From: Minisyncoccota bacterium
Lineage (GTDB): Bacteria; Patescibacteriota; Minisyncoccia; UBA6257; JAGOQP01
NCBI GenBank assembly: GCA_041661795.1
Contig: JBAZTS010000001.1
Location: 39,459-103,458, forward strand
Reading direction: 5' to 3'
DNA: 64,000 nt
A program made the translations under genes and the position numbers. A model generated the notes under the pieces. That model searched no databases. It saw only the letters and a program-made list of their open reading frames with translations, and was not told the origin of the DNA. Below, piece by piece: positions 1 to 10,153 of the stretch. Numbering within the stretch: the stretch's first letter is position 1; each line of letters begins with the position of its first letter.

Positions 1-121
1 GGTTGTTTGACAATATACTAAGTGACGCACATTAATGCTTTTACGTCACATACATTATATATAACCCAAAAGGCGTGGTTTGTTTTACAACAGATAAAAC
101 ATACCTTGAATAAAACCAGTG

Positions 122-391
122 TTATTTAAACAATCCTCCCAACCAACTGAACACATCAATTAAAACATTAAAAAGAATTATAAAAAGTTCAATGATAAAT
201 TTAATCAATTTTATTATCAGTTTAAACACATCTCTAAGCACCACGTTGGCATTGAGCCAGTTAAAGGATATTATCAACCAATGGGATATAAAGTTATAAG
301 CGGATACAAGATAATTCCAAATATCCTCTTTTTTTAAGAACTCTATCACCGGATAAAAGAATTTATTAAAAAAATCCCCCAAATTATTCAT
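122..391 (-). CDS. small hydrophobic protein of unknown function
   Basis: 89-aa ORF, hydrophobic, co-directional and adjacent to the M23 peptidase gene; no recognisable domain. Confidence 0.3.
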   Translation of the reverse strand: MNNLGDFFNKFFYPVIEFLKKEDIWNYLVSAYNFISHWLIISFNWLNANVVLRDVFKLIIKLIKFIIELFIILFNVLIDVFSWLGGLFK

Positions 392-404
392 ATTTAATAT
401 TATA

Positions 405-1673
405 CTACAATGAAAGATAATTTCTTGGATTTAGGTCTCCACCAACGGGCATTTTAGGTCCGCAAGAAACACTTGGTCCGACTTTAAATGTTTCTGAGTC
501 ATAAACGGTAAAATGAAGATGAGGCCCAGTGGCATATCCGGTTTTACCTAAATATCCTATAATTTGTCCCCTACTGATTTTATCTCCTTCGTTGACTGTA
601 TACATGGAAAGATGAGCGTATAAAGTGGTTAATCCCATAAAATGTTTTATGGCCACATATTTTCCATAAGCGCCTTTATAGCAATACCTATCTTGGTTTT
701 CAACAGCTACAACTATTCCGTCAGCTGAAGCGTAAATTGGATCTCCAAGCGGACCTCCAAAATCCAAACCATTGTGCCATTTGCCTTTATAGGCCTTTTG
801 AGCGAACTTTGTTGCTCCGTGTTCTTGAGTAACCCTAACTGTATTAACAGGAAGCCCCAAAAGTCCGGGAAGGTTTTTAGGAAGATTTTTATAATTAATC
901 TGAGACCTAAGCTCTGTTTCCATCTTTTCTATTTCCAAAGCTATATCCAACTGCTTCTTTTCCAATTCTTTTAATGAATCTTGATACACTTTTTCTTTGT
1001 TTTTGGTTTCTTGTAAAAATTCATTTTTCTCGCTCTTTAGATCATCGGCTATTGTTTTTTTGTTCTGTAAAGTATTACGTTCAATCTCTTTGTTGTTTTT
1101 AGTAACGAAGGTTTTATCAAGAGATTTATTTAATTTTTCCTTAGAAACATTTAATTCTTCTATTTTAAGAATCAAGTTATTATTAAAATCTTGCAGTGAT
1201 TGAATCTCGGAAATACTTTCTGACAGAGTTTTATTTTTCAAAAGCAGAAATAAAATTCCATCTCTATCCTTGTCCTGAACTTGTCGTAAAACCTCTCCTA
1301 AAGCAGATTGTTTTACATCCACCTCTTCTTCCGATTTGGATATATCATCTTGTAAAGACACAACCTCTAAATCAAGTTTTTCAATGGTTATTTTGCTGGA
1401 TTTTATATTCAGGTCTATTGCTTTAATATTTGAGTCAATCTTTTTAACTTCATTTGCCAAAGAATTTTTCTGACTTTGGGTTTCTTCCAACTTCTTTTGT
1501 TGTTGGATGATTTCATTATTTATTTCTTTGAGCTCCTGACTTTTTGCTTCAATTTTGGCTTCAACTTCATCTTTATTCGTTTGTTGAGCCAAAACTAAGC
1601 CCGGAGAAGAGATTGATGTCAGCACTAAAGAAACAAAAAATATTCTTGTTATAAAAAATAATTTATTCTTCAT
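405..1673 (-). CDS. M23 family metallopeptidase with N-terminal signal peptide and long coiled-coil (EnvC-like murein hydrolase activator/peptidase)
   Basis: Signal peptide, about 250 aa heptad-rich coiled coil, C-terminal LytM/M23 domain with HxxxD and GPHLHF motifs. Confidence 0.75.
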   Translation of the reverse strand: MKNKLFFITRIFFVSLVLTSISSPGLVLAQQTNKDEVEAKIEAKSQELKEINNEIIQQQKKLEETQSQKNSLANEVKKIDSNIKAIDLNIKSSKITIEKLDLEVVSLQDDISKSEEEVDVKQSALGEVLRQVQDKDRDGILFLLLKNKTLSESISEIQSLQDFNNNLILKIEELNVSKEKLNKSLDKTFVTKNNKEIERNTLQNKKTIADDLKSEKNEFLQETKNKEKVYQDSLKELEKKQLDIALEIEKMETELRSQINYKNLPKNLPGLLGLPVNTVRVTQEHGATKFAQKAYKGKWHNGLDFGGPLGDPIYASADGIVVAVENQDRYCYKGAYGKYVAIKHFMGLTTLYAHLSMYTVNEGDKISRGQIIGYLGKTGYATGPHLHFTVYDSETFKVGPSVSCGPKMPVGGDLNPRNYLSL

Positions 1674-3132
1674 TTTTAGAAATTAAAGACGCTTTTGTTA
1701 TCGCTTCGTCAATTCTTTTCAATGATTCTTTTTCTCCTAGAACTTCCATGATTTCAAATGGTCCGGGAGAATTTTTCTTTCCAGAAAGAGCTACTCTTAG
1801 AGGCCAAAGCATCTCTCCCCTACCCAGAGCATCGGCAAGAGACATAAGCTTTTCTTCAAGGATTAACTTTGTAAAATCTTTTTCTTTAACTTTTTCAATT
1901 TCGGACTTGACGTTATTAAGATTGGTAACAACATTATTAAAGGACATTCCCTGCCATTTTAAAAGTTCTACGTCCAATTCCCCTCTTTCAAAAAAGAATT
2001 GAGCTAATTCTTTAAAATCGGAAAGTTTTACTAATCTGTCTCTCTCTACAGCTAACGCTCTTTTTAATTTTTCTTTATCTTCAAGCCATTCCTTTGGAAT
2101 AAAATCTTTTATTTTTTTAAATAATTCATTTAAGGGAATATTTTTTATGTACTGGGAATTAAACCAATCCAACTTTTCAACATTAAATATAGCTCCTCCT
2201 TTCTGGACTCTTCTTAAACTGAATTTGGATATTATCTCGTCTATATCCATGATCTCTTTATCGTCTTCTGGATGCCATCCCAATAATATCAAAAAGTTCA
2301 GAAGCGCTTGAGGTAAATATCCTTCTTTAAGGTATTCAACAAAAGATGTCTCCATTTTTCTTTTGGACATCTTGCTTCTGTCGGGAGCCAAAACCAAAGG
2401 CAAGTGGGCATATTTAATTTCTTCAAATCCAAAAGCTCTCTGAATTAAAATTTGTCTGGGAGTGTTGGGAATATGATCTTCGCCCCTGATAACATGGGAA
2501 ATTTTCATTAGATAGTCATCTATAACGACGGCCAGGTTGTACAAAGGTGATTGCAAGTCCTTGGCAATCACAAAATCATCTATCGTGTCCGAGCTGGTAG
2601 AAATTTTACCTCTAATAATATCGCTGAATTCAATATTTAACCCCGAAGGCACCGCCAATCTGATAATTCCATTATTTCCATCTTTTATATTTTGCTTAAT
2701 TTCATCTTCACTAAGAGATCTGCATTTTCCGCTGTATTTTGGAAAAATTCCGGAAGCTAACATGGCTTTTCTTTCTTCATCTAAATCCTCTTTACTGCAA
2801 AAACACCAGTAGGCCTGCTTGTTATCAACTAGTTTTTCTATATATTCTTTATAAATCTCACCTCTTTCGCTCTGCCTATAGGGAGCAAAATCACCTCCAA
2901 CGTCCGGTCCCTCATCCCAATCGATTCCAACCATCTTCAAGCCAGCTAAAATATCTTCCTCATAGATAGGTAAGGATCTGGAGGTATCCGTGTCTTCCAT
3001 TCTGACTATAAACTTACCACCCTCTTTCTTGGCAAAAACATAATTAACCAGGGCTGTTCTCATAGTCCCTAGATGCAAATAACCCGTAGGAGAGGGCGCT
3101 ATTCTCACTCTAATGTCATCATTTTCAGCCAT
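1663..3132 (-). CDS. gltX: glutamate--tRNA ligase
   Basis: Class I aaRS HIGH (PSPTGYLHLGT) and KMSKS (KMSKR) motifs; GluRS-like anticodon-binding C-terminus; overlaps the downstream gene by 11 nt. Confidence 0.9.
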   Translation of the reverse strand: MAENDDIRVRIAPSPTGYLHLGTMRTALVNYVFAKKEGGKFIVRMEDTDTSRSLPIYEEDILAGLKMVGIDWDEGPDVGGDFAPYRQSERGEIYKEYIEKLVDNKQAYWCFCSKEDLDEERKAMLASGIFPKYSGKCRSLSEDEIKQNIKDGNNGIIRLAVPSGLNIEFSDIIRGKISTSSDTIDDFVIAKDLQSPLYNLAVVIDDYLMKISHVIRGEDHIPNTPRQILIQRAFGFEEIKYAHLPLVLAPDRSKMSKRKMETSFVEYLKEGYLPQALLNFLILLGWHPEDDKEIMDIDEIISKFSLRRVQKGGAIFNVEKLDWFNSQYIKNIPLNELFKKIKDFIPKEWLEDKEKLKRALAVERDRLVKLSDFKELAQFFFERGELDVELLKWQGMSFNNVVTNLNNVKSEIEKVKEKDFTKLILEEKLMSLADALGRGEMLWPLRVALSGKKNSPGPFEIMEVLGEKESLKRIDEAITKASLISKNEE

Positions 3133-3160
3133 TTTTGTATTATATCACAAAAATAGCAGG
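3133..3160 (-). promoter_or_regulatory. extended -10 promoter (TGATATAAT) 6 nt upstream of gltX ATG, likely leaderless transcript
   Basis: Minus-strand reads TTTGTGATATAATACAAAA-ATG; no Shine-Dalgarno. Confidence 0.45.
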
Positions 3161-3172
3161 AATAAAGATCAA

Positions 3173-4321
3173 TTACTTAGAAACAGCCAATCTTACCAGT
3201 TCTTGGGCTATAACTAAGGCCGCTTGGGGCTTGGCAAAGCTTTCGGAGGCCTCCGACATTTTTTGACTCTTTTGCTTATTTAAAAGAATCATGTCCATCT
3301 GGATAAAAAATAATGATGGTTTGAGGTTGTCTTCCTCAATAACTAAAGCGGCTCCAGTTTTAGCGTATTCATATGCATTATATGACTGATGGTTTCTGGC
3401 CGATTCTTTAAGAGGAATTAGAATAGACGGTTTTCTAACCATGGCTATTTCAAATATAGAACTGCTTCCTGAACGAGATATTATTAAATCTGAAGCGATC
3501 ATGGCTTCTTTGATATCCTTTTTTAGAAAATCAACAATTTTGTATCTGGCTTTTTCCTCAGGAATCAAATTCTTGGTAGCCACAGCAATCTCTGCTTTAA
3601 AAGAGGCAAAATTTTCCATTCCCACCTGATGAAGAACTTGATATTTAGAAACAAGCTCTTTGATATTATCCAGGAGAAAATCGTTTATTCTGACAGCTCC
3701 TTGAGAACCTCCCAAAATCAATATCAATGGTAAATCGCTTTCAAAACCAAACATTCTTTTGGCTTTTTTCGGGTCTAAGTCCTTATCTTCTTCCAGAAAA
3801 AGAGATCTGACCGGATTTCCTACAACAGCCACTCGAGGACCGGAAATAAAATCAAGAGATTTGGAAAATGACAGAGCAATCCTTCTGGCCATCTTAAAAG
3901 ATAAAGAATTTGTCGCTCCCGGAATAGAATCTGACTCGTGGACAAATATGGGAACATTAAATATATAACAGGCAATAACTACCGACAAAGCTCCGGTGCC
4001 TCCTTTAGAAAAAATAACATCAGGCATTACTCTAAAAATTTTCCAAAGGGCTTGAAGAACCGAAAATGGAAATTTGATGATATCAATTATGTTTTCCAGT
4101 GAAAAATACCTCCTAATCTTAAAACCAATAATGGGCATGATTTTTATTCCCAAAGAAACAAAATCCGCTCTAAAAATTCCAGGGTCACCAAAATAAAAAA
4201 GTTCAAAGGTATTATCTTTTTGATAAGAAATGATTTTCCTAGCTTCTCCGGCTACAGCTAAAAGAGGATTTATATGTCCCCCACTCCCTCCTCCAGTAAA
4301 AGCTATTCTGATATTTCTCAT
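3173..4321 (-). CDS. murG: undecaprenyldiphospho-muramoylpentapeptide beta-N-acetylglucosaminyltransferase
   Basis: N-terminal GGGSGGH glycine loop, GT28 two-domain architecture, adjacent to ftsW. Confidence 0.9.
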   Translation of the reverse strand: MRNIRIAFTGGGSGGHINPLLAVAGEARKIISYQKDNTFELFYFGDPGIFRADFVSLGIKIMPIIGFKIRRYFSLENIIDIIKFPFSVLQALWKIFRVMPDVIFSKGGTGALSVVIACYIFNVPIFVHESDSIPGATNSLSFKMARRIALSFSKSLDFISGPRVAVVGNPVRSLFLEEDKDLDPKKAKRMFGFESDLPLILILGGSQGAVRINDFLLDNIKELVSKYQVLHQVGMENFASFKAEIAVATKNLIPEEKARYKIVDFLKKDIKEAMIASDLIISRSGSSSIFEIAMVRKPSILIPLKESARNHQSYNAYEYAKTGAALVIEEDNLKPSLFFIQMDMILLNKQKSQKMSEASESFAKPQAALVIAQELVRLAVSK

Positions 4322-4345
4322 GTTTAGATTATATCATAATTTAAG
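4322..4345 (-). promoter_or_regulatory. extended -10 promoter (TGATATAAT) 6 nt upstream of murG ATG
   Basis: Minus-strand reads TTATGATATAATCTAAAC-ATG. Confidence 0.45.
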
Positions 4346-4351
4346 CAGTTT

Positions 4352-4442
4352 CATAAAAGGTTTTGAGACCGTGCGGAGGCCGACGGGCTGAGCTTGAGGG
4401 ATTTTTTAGCAGAAAAATACCCGTGTCTCAAAACCCTTTATG
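4352..4442 (-). terminator. long-stem structured element between ftsW and murG (18-bp inverted arms enclosing about 55 nt GC-rich interior); probable ftsW terminator/attenuator or small RNA
   Basis: CATAAAAGGTTTTGAGAC ... GTCTCAAAACCCTTTATG arms pair with one mismatch; interior cgtgcggaggccgacgggctgagcttgaggg is GC-rich against an AT-rich background. Confidence 0.4.
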
Positions 4443-4450
4443 AAATAGCG

Positions 4451-5608
4451 TCATATCAACGAAGAACGTTTAGAAATACCCGCAATAATGCCAAACATAG
4501 TCAAGGTAACCGCCAGAGATGTTCCTCCATAACTAATAAGAGGCAAAGGAACTCCGGTAAATGGTAAAAGCCCTGAATTAGCCGCTATATGAATTATTGC
4601 CTGGATGGAAATAACCGAAATAAATCCTAAAACGCAAAGCTTAGCAAAATCATCATGGCTTTTTTTGACTATATAAGTTCCCTTCCAAAAAATAAGAGCG
4701 TAAAGAAAAATGATAAAAACAGAGCCGATAAACCCAAATTCTTCTCCAATAACGGCAAAAATTGAATCTCCCATGGGTTCAGGTAGAAGATTATATTTAC
4801 TGGTTGATTGCCCGAATCCGACCCCAGTGAGTCCTCCGCTACCTATAGCCATTTTTGACTGGTCAATATGAAAAGTATCAGTTGCCTCAATATTAATTTT
4901 AAAAGAAGGAACTGCGCCTCCGATAGTAGAATTCCAGAATGGAGCAAAACGATAAAATCTATATGGAGTGACTGCCACTAAAAAACCAATCAAAACAACA
5001 CCAATAAGACCAGTCAGTAAAAGTTGTTTTACGGGAGCTCCGCTGTAAATATACATAACTACTCCGGATGCCAAAATTATAACAGCCATGGTAGTTGCCG
5101 GTTGTAAGAATATTAGTCCTCCGGCAATAGCGCAAACAAAAACAAATAAAAAATAAGCTTTCCATCCCTGCTTTAGATTTTTCATATGTGAACTGGAAAG
5201 TAAGGAGGCCAGATAAATAATAAAAGTTATTTTTAAGAATTCCGAGGGTTGGAAAGAAAGTGGACCTAAATTAATCCATCTAAAAGACCCGTGGGCTTGA
5301 TAACCAAGCGGAGTAAAAACCGCCACCAAAAGAAATATGTTTATAAGAAAAAGAAAAGGGGCAAACTTTTTTAAATAGCGATAGTAGATAAAATAACCCA
5401 GAAGAAATCCGGCAACTCCGGGCAAAAATCCCTTTAAAAATTGTCCCTTAATGAAATGATAAGTGTCGTTGAATTTTATTTTACCCAAATCCGAAGAAGC
5501 AGAAGAAAGAATTAAAAAACCGGCCAACAACAAAAAAAATAACGCTCCTAGAATAATATAATCGGGATGATGGCCCGAGAGCAATGATTTTCTTTTCCTA
5601 AAAAACAT
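4451..5608 (-). CDS. ftsW: SEDS family peptidoglycan glycosyltransferase / lipid II flippase FtsW
   Basis: 10-TM SEDS protein with conserved GQSTSKYNLLPEPMGDSIFAVIGEEFGFIG segment; immediately upstream of murG. Confidence 0.8.
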   Translation of the reverse strand: MFFRKRKSLLSGHHPDYIILGALFFLLLAGFLILSSASSDLGKIKFNDTYHFIKGQFLKGFLPGVAGFLLGYFIYYRYLKKFAPFLFLINIFLLVAVFTPLGYQAHGSFRWINLGPLSFQPSEFLKITFIIYLASLLSSSHMKNLKQGWKAYFLFVFVCAIAGGLIFLQPATTMAVIILASGVVMYIYSGAPVKQLLLTGLIGVVLIGFLVAVTPYRFYRFAPFWNSTIGGAVPSFKINIEATDTFHIDQSKMAIGSGGLTGVGFGQSTSKYNLLPEPMGDSIFAVIGEEFGFIGSVFIIFLYALIFWKGTYIVKKSHDDFAKLCVLGFISVISIQAIIHIAANSGLLPFTGVPLPLISYGGTSLAVTLTMFGIIAGISKRSSLI

Positions 5609-5676
5609 AAATCAGCTAATATCTAATCTGTACTAATTTACTAATTATAAAATTCCTATTCGTTTATTTGTATCTA

Positions 5677-7197
5677 TTAGTTATTGGTTGATTTTCTCAA
5701 TACTTTTCCGCCTCCTTTGAAGTTTTTATTAAACTGACTATTCTCAACAGCCATCTGACCATTAATCATTACCATAGAAATATCAAAATCTTTATTCATT
5801 AAAACCAAATCGGCAAAATAACCACTACTAATAAAGCCCCTTCCGTCCAAGTTTAATATTTTGGCTGGAAGTCCCGAGACCTTTGAAACCGCCTTTTCAA
5901 TACTCAATCCAAACCCCGAGGCCTTCTTAAAAAACTCCGGAAATGTTTGATAAGATCTTTGGGGCTTAAAGGATAAAAGCGTATCGTCAAAATTAGGACT
6001 ATTTGAAGAAATTAAAGAACGAGGTGAAAGAATGGCCTTTTCTATCTCTTTTTGGTTGAGATTTTCATAGAATATTACTCCTCTCAACTTAGTTGCCTCC
6101 ATTAGGGAAACAATTGATTTAGATGCCGGAATATCTCTGTTTTGGGCAAATTCGTAAAGGGTCTTTCCATTTAGGAATTCAACTCCGGGAGCGTTTAATA
6201 TAATCACTTTCTGCGGGTCAATTTTTGGAAATTCATCAATAAATTTTTTAGCTATTTCTTTGTCTTTTATTTTTTCCAACACCAATCCCCTGTCTCTGTT
6301 TTTAAAAGAATCTGGGATAAAAGAATCAATGGGAACGGCGCTTGAGGAAAATGGGTTGGCGTCAAAATAAACTTGGGCGGTGGCAATATTTTCCTCTATA
6401 ATTTTTATTGATTCTTCAAATCCTTTTTCAAATCCAAAAAAGGGTCTTAAGTGACTGATAATTCCGGTTATTCCCAATTCACGACTCAGTTTAATAACTT
6501 CCTGAACAGAATCAACGATGGCCAGTTTTTCATTTTTTAAATGAACGGTAAAAAAACCTTTTGATTTCTTAACAGCGTCCAAAAGAGCTCTTATCTCATA
6601 ATAAGTAGTTTGTTGATAAGGAAAATATCCAAGACCAAATGATAAGCCGAAAGCTCCCTCGGACATGGCTTCCAAAACAACTGATCTAAAAACCCTAAGT
6701 TCATTAGCGGTAAGATTTCTAAACTCTTCCCGTTCTTTTATAATATCTTGCCTAATAACCATATGTCCGGCCATTGTTCCGATATTGACTCCGGGTTTTA
6801 TATTTTTTTCAAGAACATTTAAAAATTCTTTTACTTTCTTCCAGTTGATATTGACGTGATTTGTTTTTGACCAGCTCCAAAAATGGTCCAGTGAACCATA
6901 GAAAGATGGCGCCAAAGAAAATCCGCAATGACCAATAAGAGCGCTGGTTATACCTTGAGAAAGAAAATCTTTATGCAAAGGAGAAGAAAATAAAGTCATA
7001 TATCTATCAGAACTGGCATTCATGTCAATAAATCCGGGGAAAAGATACGACTCGTTTCCAAATATTATTTTATCGGCTTTGTATGAAGGAAAACTTCCAA
7101 TGGCCGCTATTTTTTCATCTCTTATTAAAACATCTCCTTTGAAAGGAGCTTTACCGCTTCCATCAACTAAAACTATGTTTTTGATTAAAGTGGTCAT
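5677..7197 (-). CDS. amidohydrolase superfamily protein, N-acyl-D-amino-acid deacylase (D-aminoacylase) family
   Basis: N-terminal small beta-domain (LVDGSG...DVLIRDEKIAAIG), conserved GHCGFSLAP Cys loop; the HxH metal site is replaced (PGFIDMNASSD). Confidence 0.6.
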   Translation of the reverse strand: MTTLIKNIVLVDGSGKAPFKGDVLIRDEKIAAIGSFPSYKADKIIFGNESYLFPGFIDMNASSDRYMTLFSSPLHKDFLSQGITSALIGHCGFSLAPSFYGSLDHFWSWSKTNHVNINWKKVKEFLNVLEKNIKPGVNIGTMAGHMVIRQDIIKEREEFRNLTANELRVFRSVVLEAMSEGAFGLSFGLGYFPYQQTTYYEIRALLDAVKKSKGFFTVHLKNEKLAIVDSVQEVIKLSRELGITGIISHLRPFFGFEKGFEESIKIIEENIATAQVYFDANPFSSSAVPIDSFIPDSFKNRDRGLVLEKIKDKEIAKKFIDEFPKIDPQKVIILNAPGVEFLNGKTLYEFAQNRDIPASKSIVSLMEATKLRGVIFYENLNQKEIEKAILSPRSLISSNSPNFDDTLLSFKPQRSYQTFPEFFKKASGFGLSIEKAVSKVSGLPAKILNLDGRGFISSGYFADLVLMNKDFDISMVMINGQMAVENSQFNKNFKGGGKVLRKSTNN

Positions 7198-7326
7198 TAA
7201 ATCGTATTCCGGTCACCGAATACCGTATACCGGATACAACATTTAGTATACAACATATAGAATAAAAATTTAACAATCAAAAAAACCGACGCCTAATTTT
7301 TTGTCAATAAAAGTTCAATAAATTAC

Positions 7327-8574
7327 TTAATTAGTACCAAAGCTATTTTCTATTATTTCAAATCCCGTGTATTTCTGTAAAGCTTTAGGAATTAAAACAC
7401 TTCCATCTTCTTGCTGATTGTTTTCTAGGATAGCTATTATTGTTCTTCCGATAACTATGCCAGTGGCGTTTAAGGCGTGGACATATTGATTCTTGTCACC
7501 TACCTTGATTTTTGCTCCTATTCCTCTGGTTTGATAATCAGTAGTGTTTGAACAGGAAGCCACCTCTCTATATGTTTTTTGCGAAGGAACCCAGGCCTCT
7601 ATATCAAACTGTCTGGCATCTGTCGGACCCATATCACCGGTACAGATTTCAACAACTCTGTAAGGTATATCCAATCCTCCCCATATCTTTTCCTGCATTG
7701 AAAGTAAAAACATATGTTCTTCTTCGGATTTTTCTGGATGTGAAAAAGAGTACATTTCAACTTTATCAAATTGGTGAACTCTTAAAATTCCTTTCACATC
7801 TTTTCCATAACTTCCCGCTTCCCTTCTAAAACAAGTTGAAAAACCAACGTATCTTTTGGGTAAATCCTCTTCTTTGAAAACTTTATCCATTCCCAACGGT
7901 CCCATGGTATGTTCGGCGCTTCCCACTAAATATACATCGTCTTTTTCCAGATAAAATCTTTCTTCTTTTTGATTTTCCGAAAGACGCCCCATTTTTTTAT
8001 AAACATCCGGTTTTATCATTACCGGAGGCACAACCGCCTCAAATCCTTCTTTAACCAAAAGATTAAGAGCGTATTGAATCAGAGCAAATTCCAAAAGAGC
8101 TCCTTGTTTTTTTAAATAAGCGAACCTACTTCCGGAAACTTGTGAGGCGGTTTTGGTATCAATAATATCCAACGCCTCTCCTATATCCAAATGGTCTTTG
8201 GGTTCAAAATCAAATTTAGGAATATCCCCCACTGTTTTTATTGATTTATTTTCAGATTCGTCTTTTCCTTTTAAAACATCACCAAAAGGAATATTGGGAA
8301 ATTCTAAAATTAATTCATATCTTCTTCCTTCAATCTGAGCGATTTCACTCTCTTTATCTTTTATTATTTCTTTATTTTTCTTGGCTTCCTCTATCTTTTT
8401 CTCGCTGGAAAGTTTGTTTTGAAGGGCTCTGGCCTCATCCAATTGGCTTGTTAATTTTCTCCAGTCCTCATCAACGGCCAAAAACTGATCAACTAGTTCT
8501 GTTTGCATATTTCGAGCCACAAGCATTTCTCTTATTTTGTCGGGATTTTTTCTAACAATTTCAATATCAATCAT
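7327..8574 (-). CDS. serS: serine--tRNA ligase
   Basis: N-terminal coiled-coil arm followed by class II aaRS core; typical SerS N-terminus MIDIEIVRKNPDKIRE. Confidence 0.9.
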   Translation of the reverse strand: MIDIEIVRKNPDKIREMLVARNMQTELVDQFLAVDEDWRKLTSQLDEARALQNKLSSEKKIEEAKKNKEIIKDKESEIAQIEGRRYELILEFPNIPFGDVLKGKDESENKSIKTVGDIPKFDFEPKDHLDIGEALDIIDTKTASQVSGSRFAYLKKQGALLEFALIQYALNLLVKEGFEAVVPPVMIKPDVYKKMGRLSENQKEERFYLEKDDVYLVGSAEHTMGPLGMDKVFKEEDLPKRYVGFSTCFRREAGSYGKDVKGILRVHQFDKVEMYSFSHPEKSEEEHMFLLSMQEKIWGGLDIPYRVVEICTGDMGPTDARQFDIEAWVPSQKTYREVASCSNTTDYQTRGIGAKIKVGDKNQYVHALNATGIVIGRTIIAILENNQQEDGSVLIPKALQKYTGFEIIENSFGTN

Positions 8575-8654
8575 ATAAATAGTAGCTAGTGTATAGTAGT
8601 TAGTATATAGGGTTGAGACATACTAATCAATATTCTAATACCAAATACTAATTC
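8575..8654. repeat. TAGTA-rich imperfect palindromic intergenic repeat upstream of serS (TAGTATATAGG...CCTATATACTA)
   Basis: Shares TAGTAGCTAGTATTTGGTAG-like core with intergenic regions at 41208-41283 and 48614-48699. Confidence 0.4.
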
Positions 8655-9215
8655 CTATATACTAATTTTAGCGGCTCCCTGTCTCAAGACCTCTATGTCC
8701 CCTTTCTTGTCCAGTTTTATGAGAGTTGAGGGAATATTCTTCGCTTCCTTGCCATCTACATAAAAATCAACTTTATCCCCAAAATATTTTATTGCCTCTT
8801 TTATGTTTGATGCCGGTTTTTGACCTTCCGGATTGGCGCTTGGAGCCGAAATTGGTCCAACTTTCTTTATCAAATCAATCAATTCTTTTTTGGCAGGCAT
8901 TCTAAATGCCAGTGTTTTTGTTCCACGATGAAGATAAGAGAATTTTTTATAGGGACATGGCAATATCACACTAACTTTGTTTGGCCAAATATTTTTCAAA
9001 ATGTTTTTTATCTTTACGTTTGGTTTTACATTAAAGAGTTTTAAATCGTTTATTGAAGATATAAGAATAATAAACGGTTTTTTTGGATTTCTTTTTCTTA
9101 ATTTATACAATTTTTCAACTGATTTTTTGTTAATAGCGGAGCAGACAATACCGTAGATGGTATCTGTTGGGATAACTCCAATTCCGCCATTTTTAAGAAT
9201 GTCAACGATTATCAT
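8655..9215 (-). CDS. tsaC: L-threonylcarbamoyladenylate synthase (YrdC/Sua5 family)
   Basis: YrdC fold motifs IPTDTIYGIVC, KLRKRNPKKPFIIL; overlaps dus by 4 nt. Confidence 0.8.
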   Translation of the reverse strand: MIIVDILKNGGIGVIPTDTIYGIVCSAINKKSVEKLYKLRKRNPKKPFIILISSINDLKLFNVKPNVKIKNILKNIWPNKVSVILPCPYKKFSYLHRGTKTLAFRMPAKKELIDLIKKVGPISAPSANPEGQKPASNIKEAIKYFGDKVDFYVDGKEAKNIPSTLIKLDKKGDIEVLRQGAAKISI

Positions 9216-10153
9216 GGTTTTAATATTTTTTTAACCTCCTTTGTATTTTTAGCGCTCATAAGATCTGAACGAATTTCTTTGGCTTGAGAAAATCCCGAGA
9301 TATATGAAGCCAAGTGTTTTCTTAAATGATGGAAATGTTTAACCCTCTTAAATGTCTTTTCAAAAAGAACAGAGTGTTTTATAGCCAGTCCCTTTCTTTC
9401 TTTTGGAGTTATTTTTTCTATTTCCTTTCCAGAAAATATCCAAGGATTTACCAGAGCTCCTCTTCCTATCATAATTCCGTCAAGATTATATTTTCTGGAT
9501 TTTTCTTGAGCTTCCTTTAATGTTTTTACATCTCCGTTGCCAATAGATATAATTCCGGCTTTTTTTATTATTTTACCAGCTTTTTCTATCTCATCCCAAT
9601 GGGCTGGTACTCTAGACATCTCTTTTTTAGTTCTTCCGTGGACTATAATCGCATCTGGCTTTGCTTTAACAAGTTCTTTTATCCATTTTGCCGTTATTAT
9701 TTTGTCATAACCAATCCTGGTTTTAACTGAAACAGGAAGTCCTCCTGCCCCCTCCTTTGTTCTTTTGATAATCTTTACAGCCAACTTTGGGTTTAATATC
9801 AATGCCGCTCCCCCTCCGTTTTTAACGACTGTTTTATCTGGACATCCCATATTTATATCAATTCCGTCAAATCCCAACTTTTTTATTATTCTGGCTGATT
9901 TATAGAACTTTTCAGGATCACTTCCCCAAATCTGGGCAATAATAGGTTTTTCTTTCTTGGAATACCTAAAATAATGTTCAATTATCTTTTTTTGTGATTT
10001 TGGGTTGCATATTCCGTCCACACAGATAAATTCAGTAAACAAAACATCGGGTTTACCGCATAAACAAATAATCTGCCGAAAAACTGTATCGGTAACGTCG
10101 TGCATTGGAGCCAGCGTCATTATCGGATTTTTTAACTTTTTCCAGGAAAACAT
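9212..10153 (-). CDS. dus: tRNA-dihydrouridine synthase
   Basis: TIM-barrel Dus motifs LAPMHDVTD, NMGCPDKTVVKNGGGAALI, catalytic Cys. Confidence 0.85.
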   Translation of the reverse strand: MFSWKKLKNPIMTLAPMHDVTDTVFRQIICLCGKPDVLFTEFICVDGICNPKSQKKIIEHYFRYSKKEKPIIAQIWGSDPEKFYKSARIIKKLGFDGIDINMGCPDKTVVKNGGGAALILNPKLAVKIIKRTKEGAGGLPVSVKTRIGYDKIITAKWIKELVKAKPDAIIVHGRTKKEMSRVPAHWDEIEKAGKIIKKAGIISIGNGDVKTLKEAQEKSRKYNLDGIMIGRGALVNPWIFSGKEIEKITPKERKGLAIKHSVLFEKTFKRVKHFHHLRKHLASYISGFSQAKEIRSDLMSAKNTKEVKKILKP

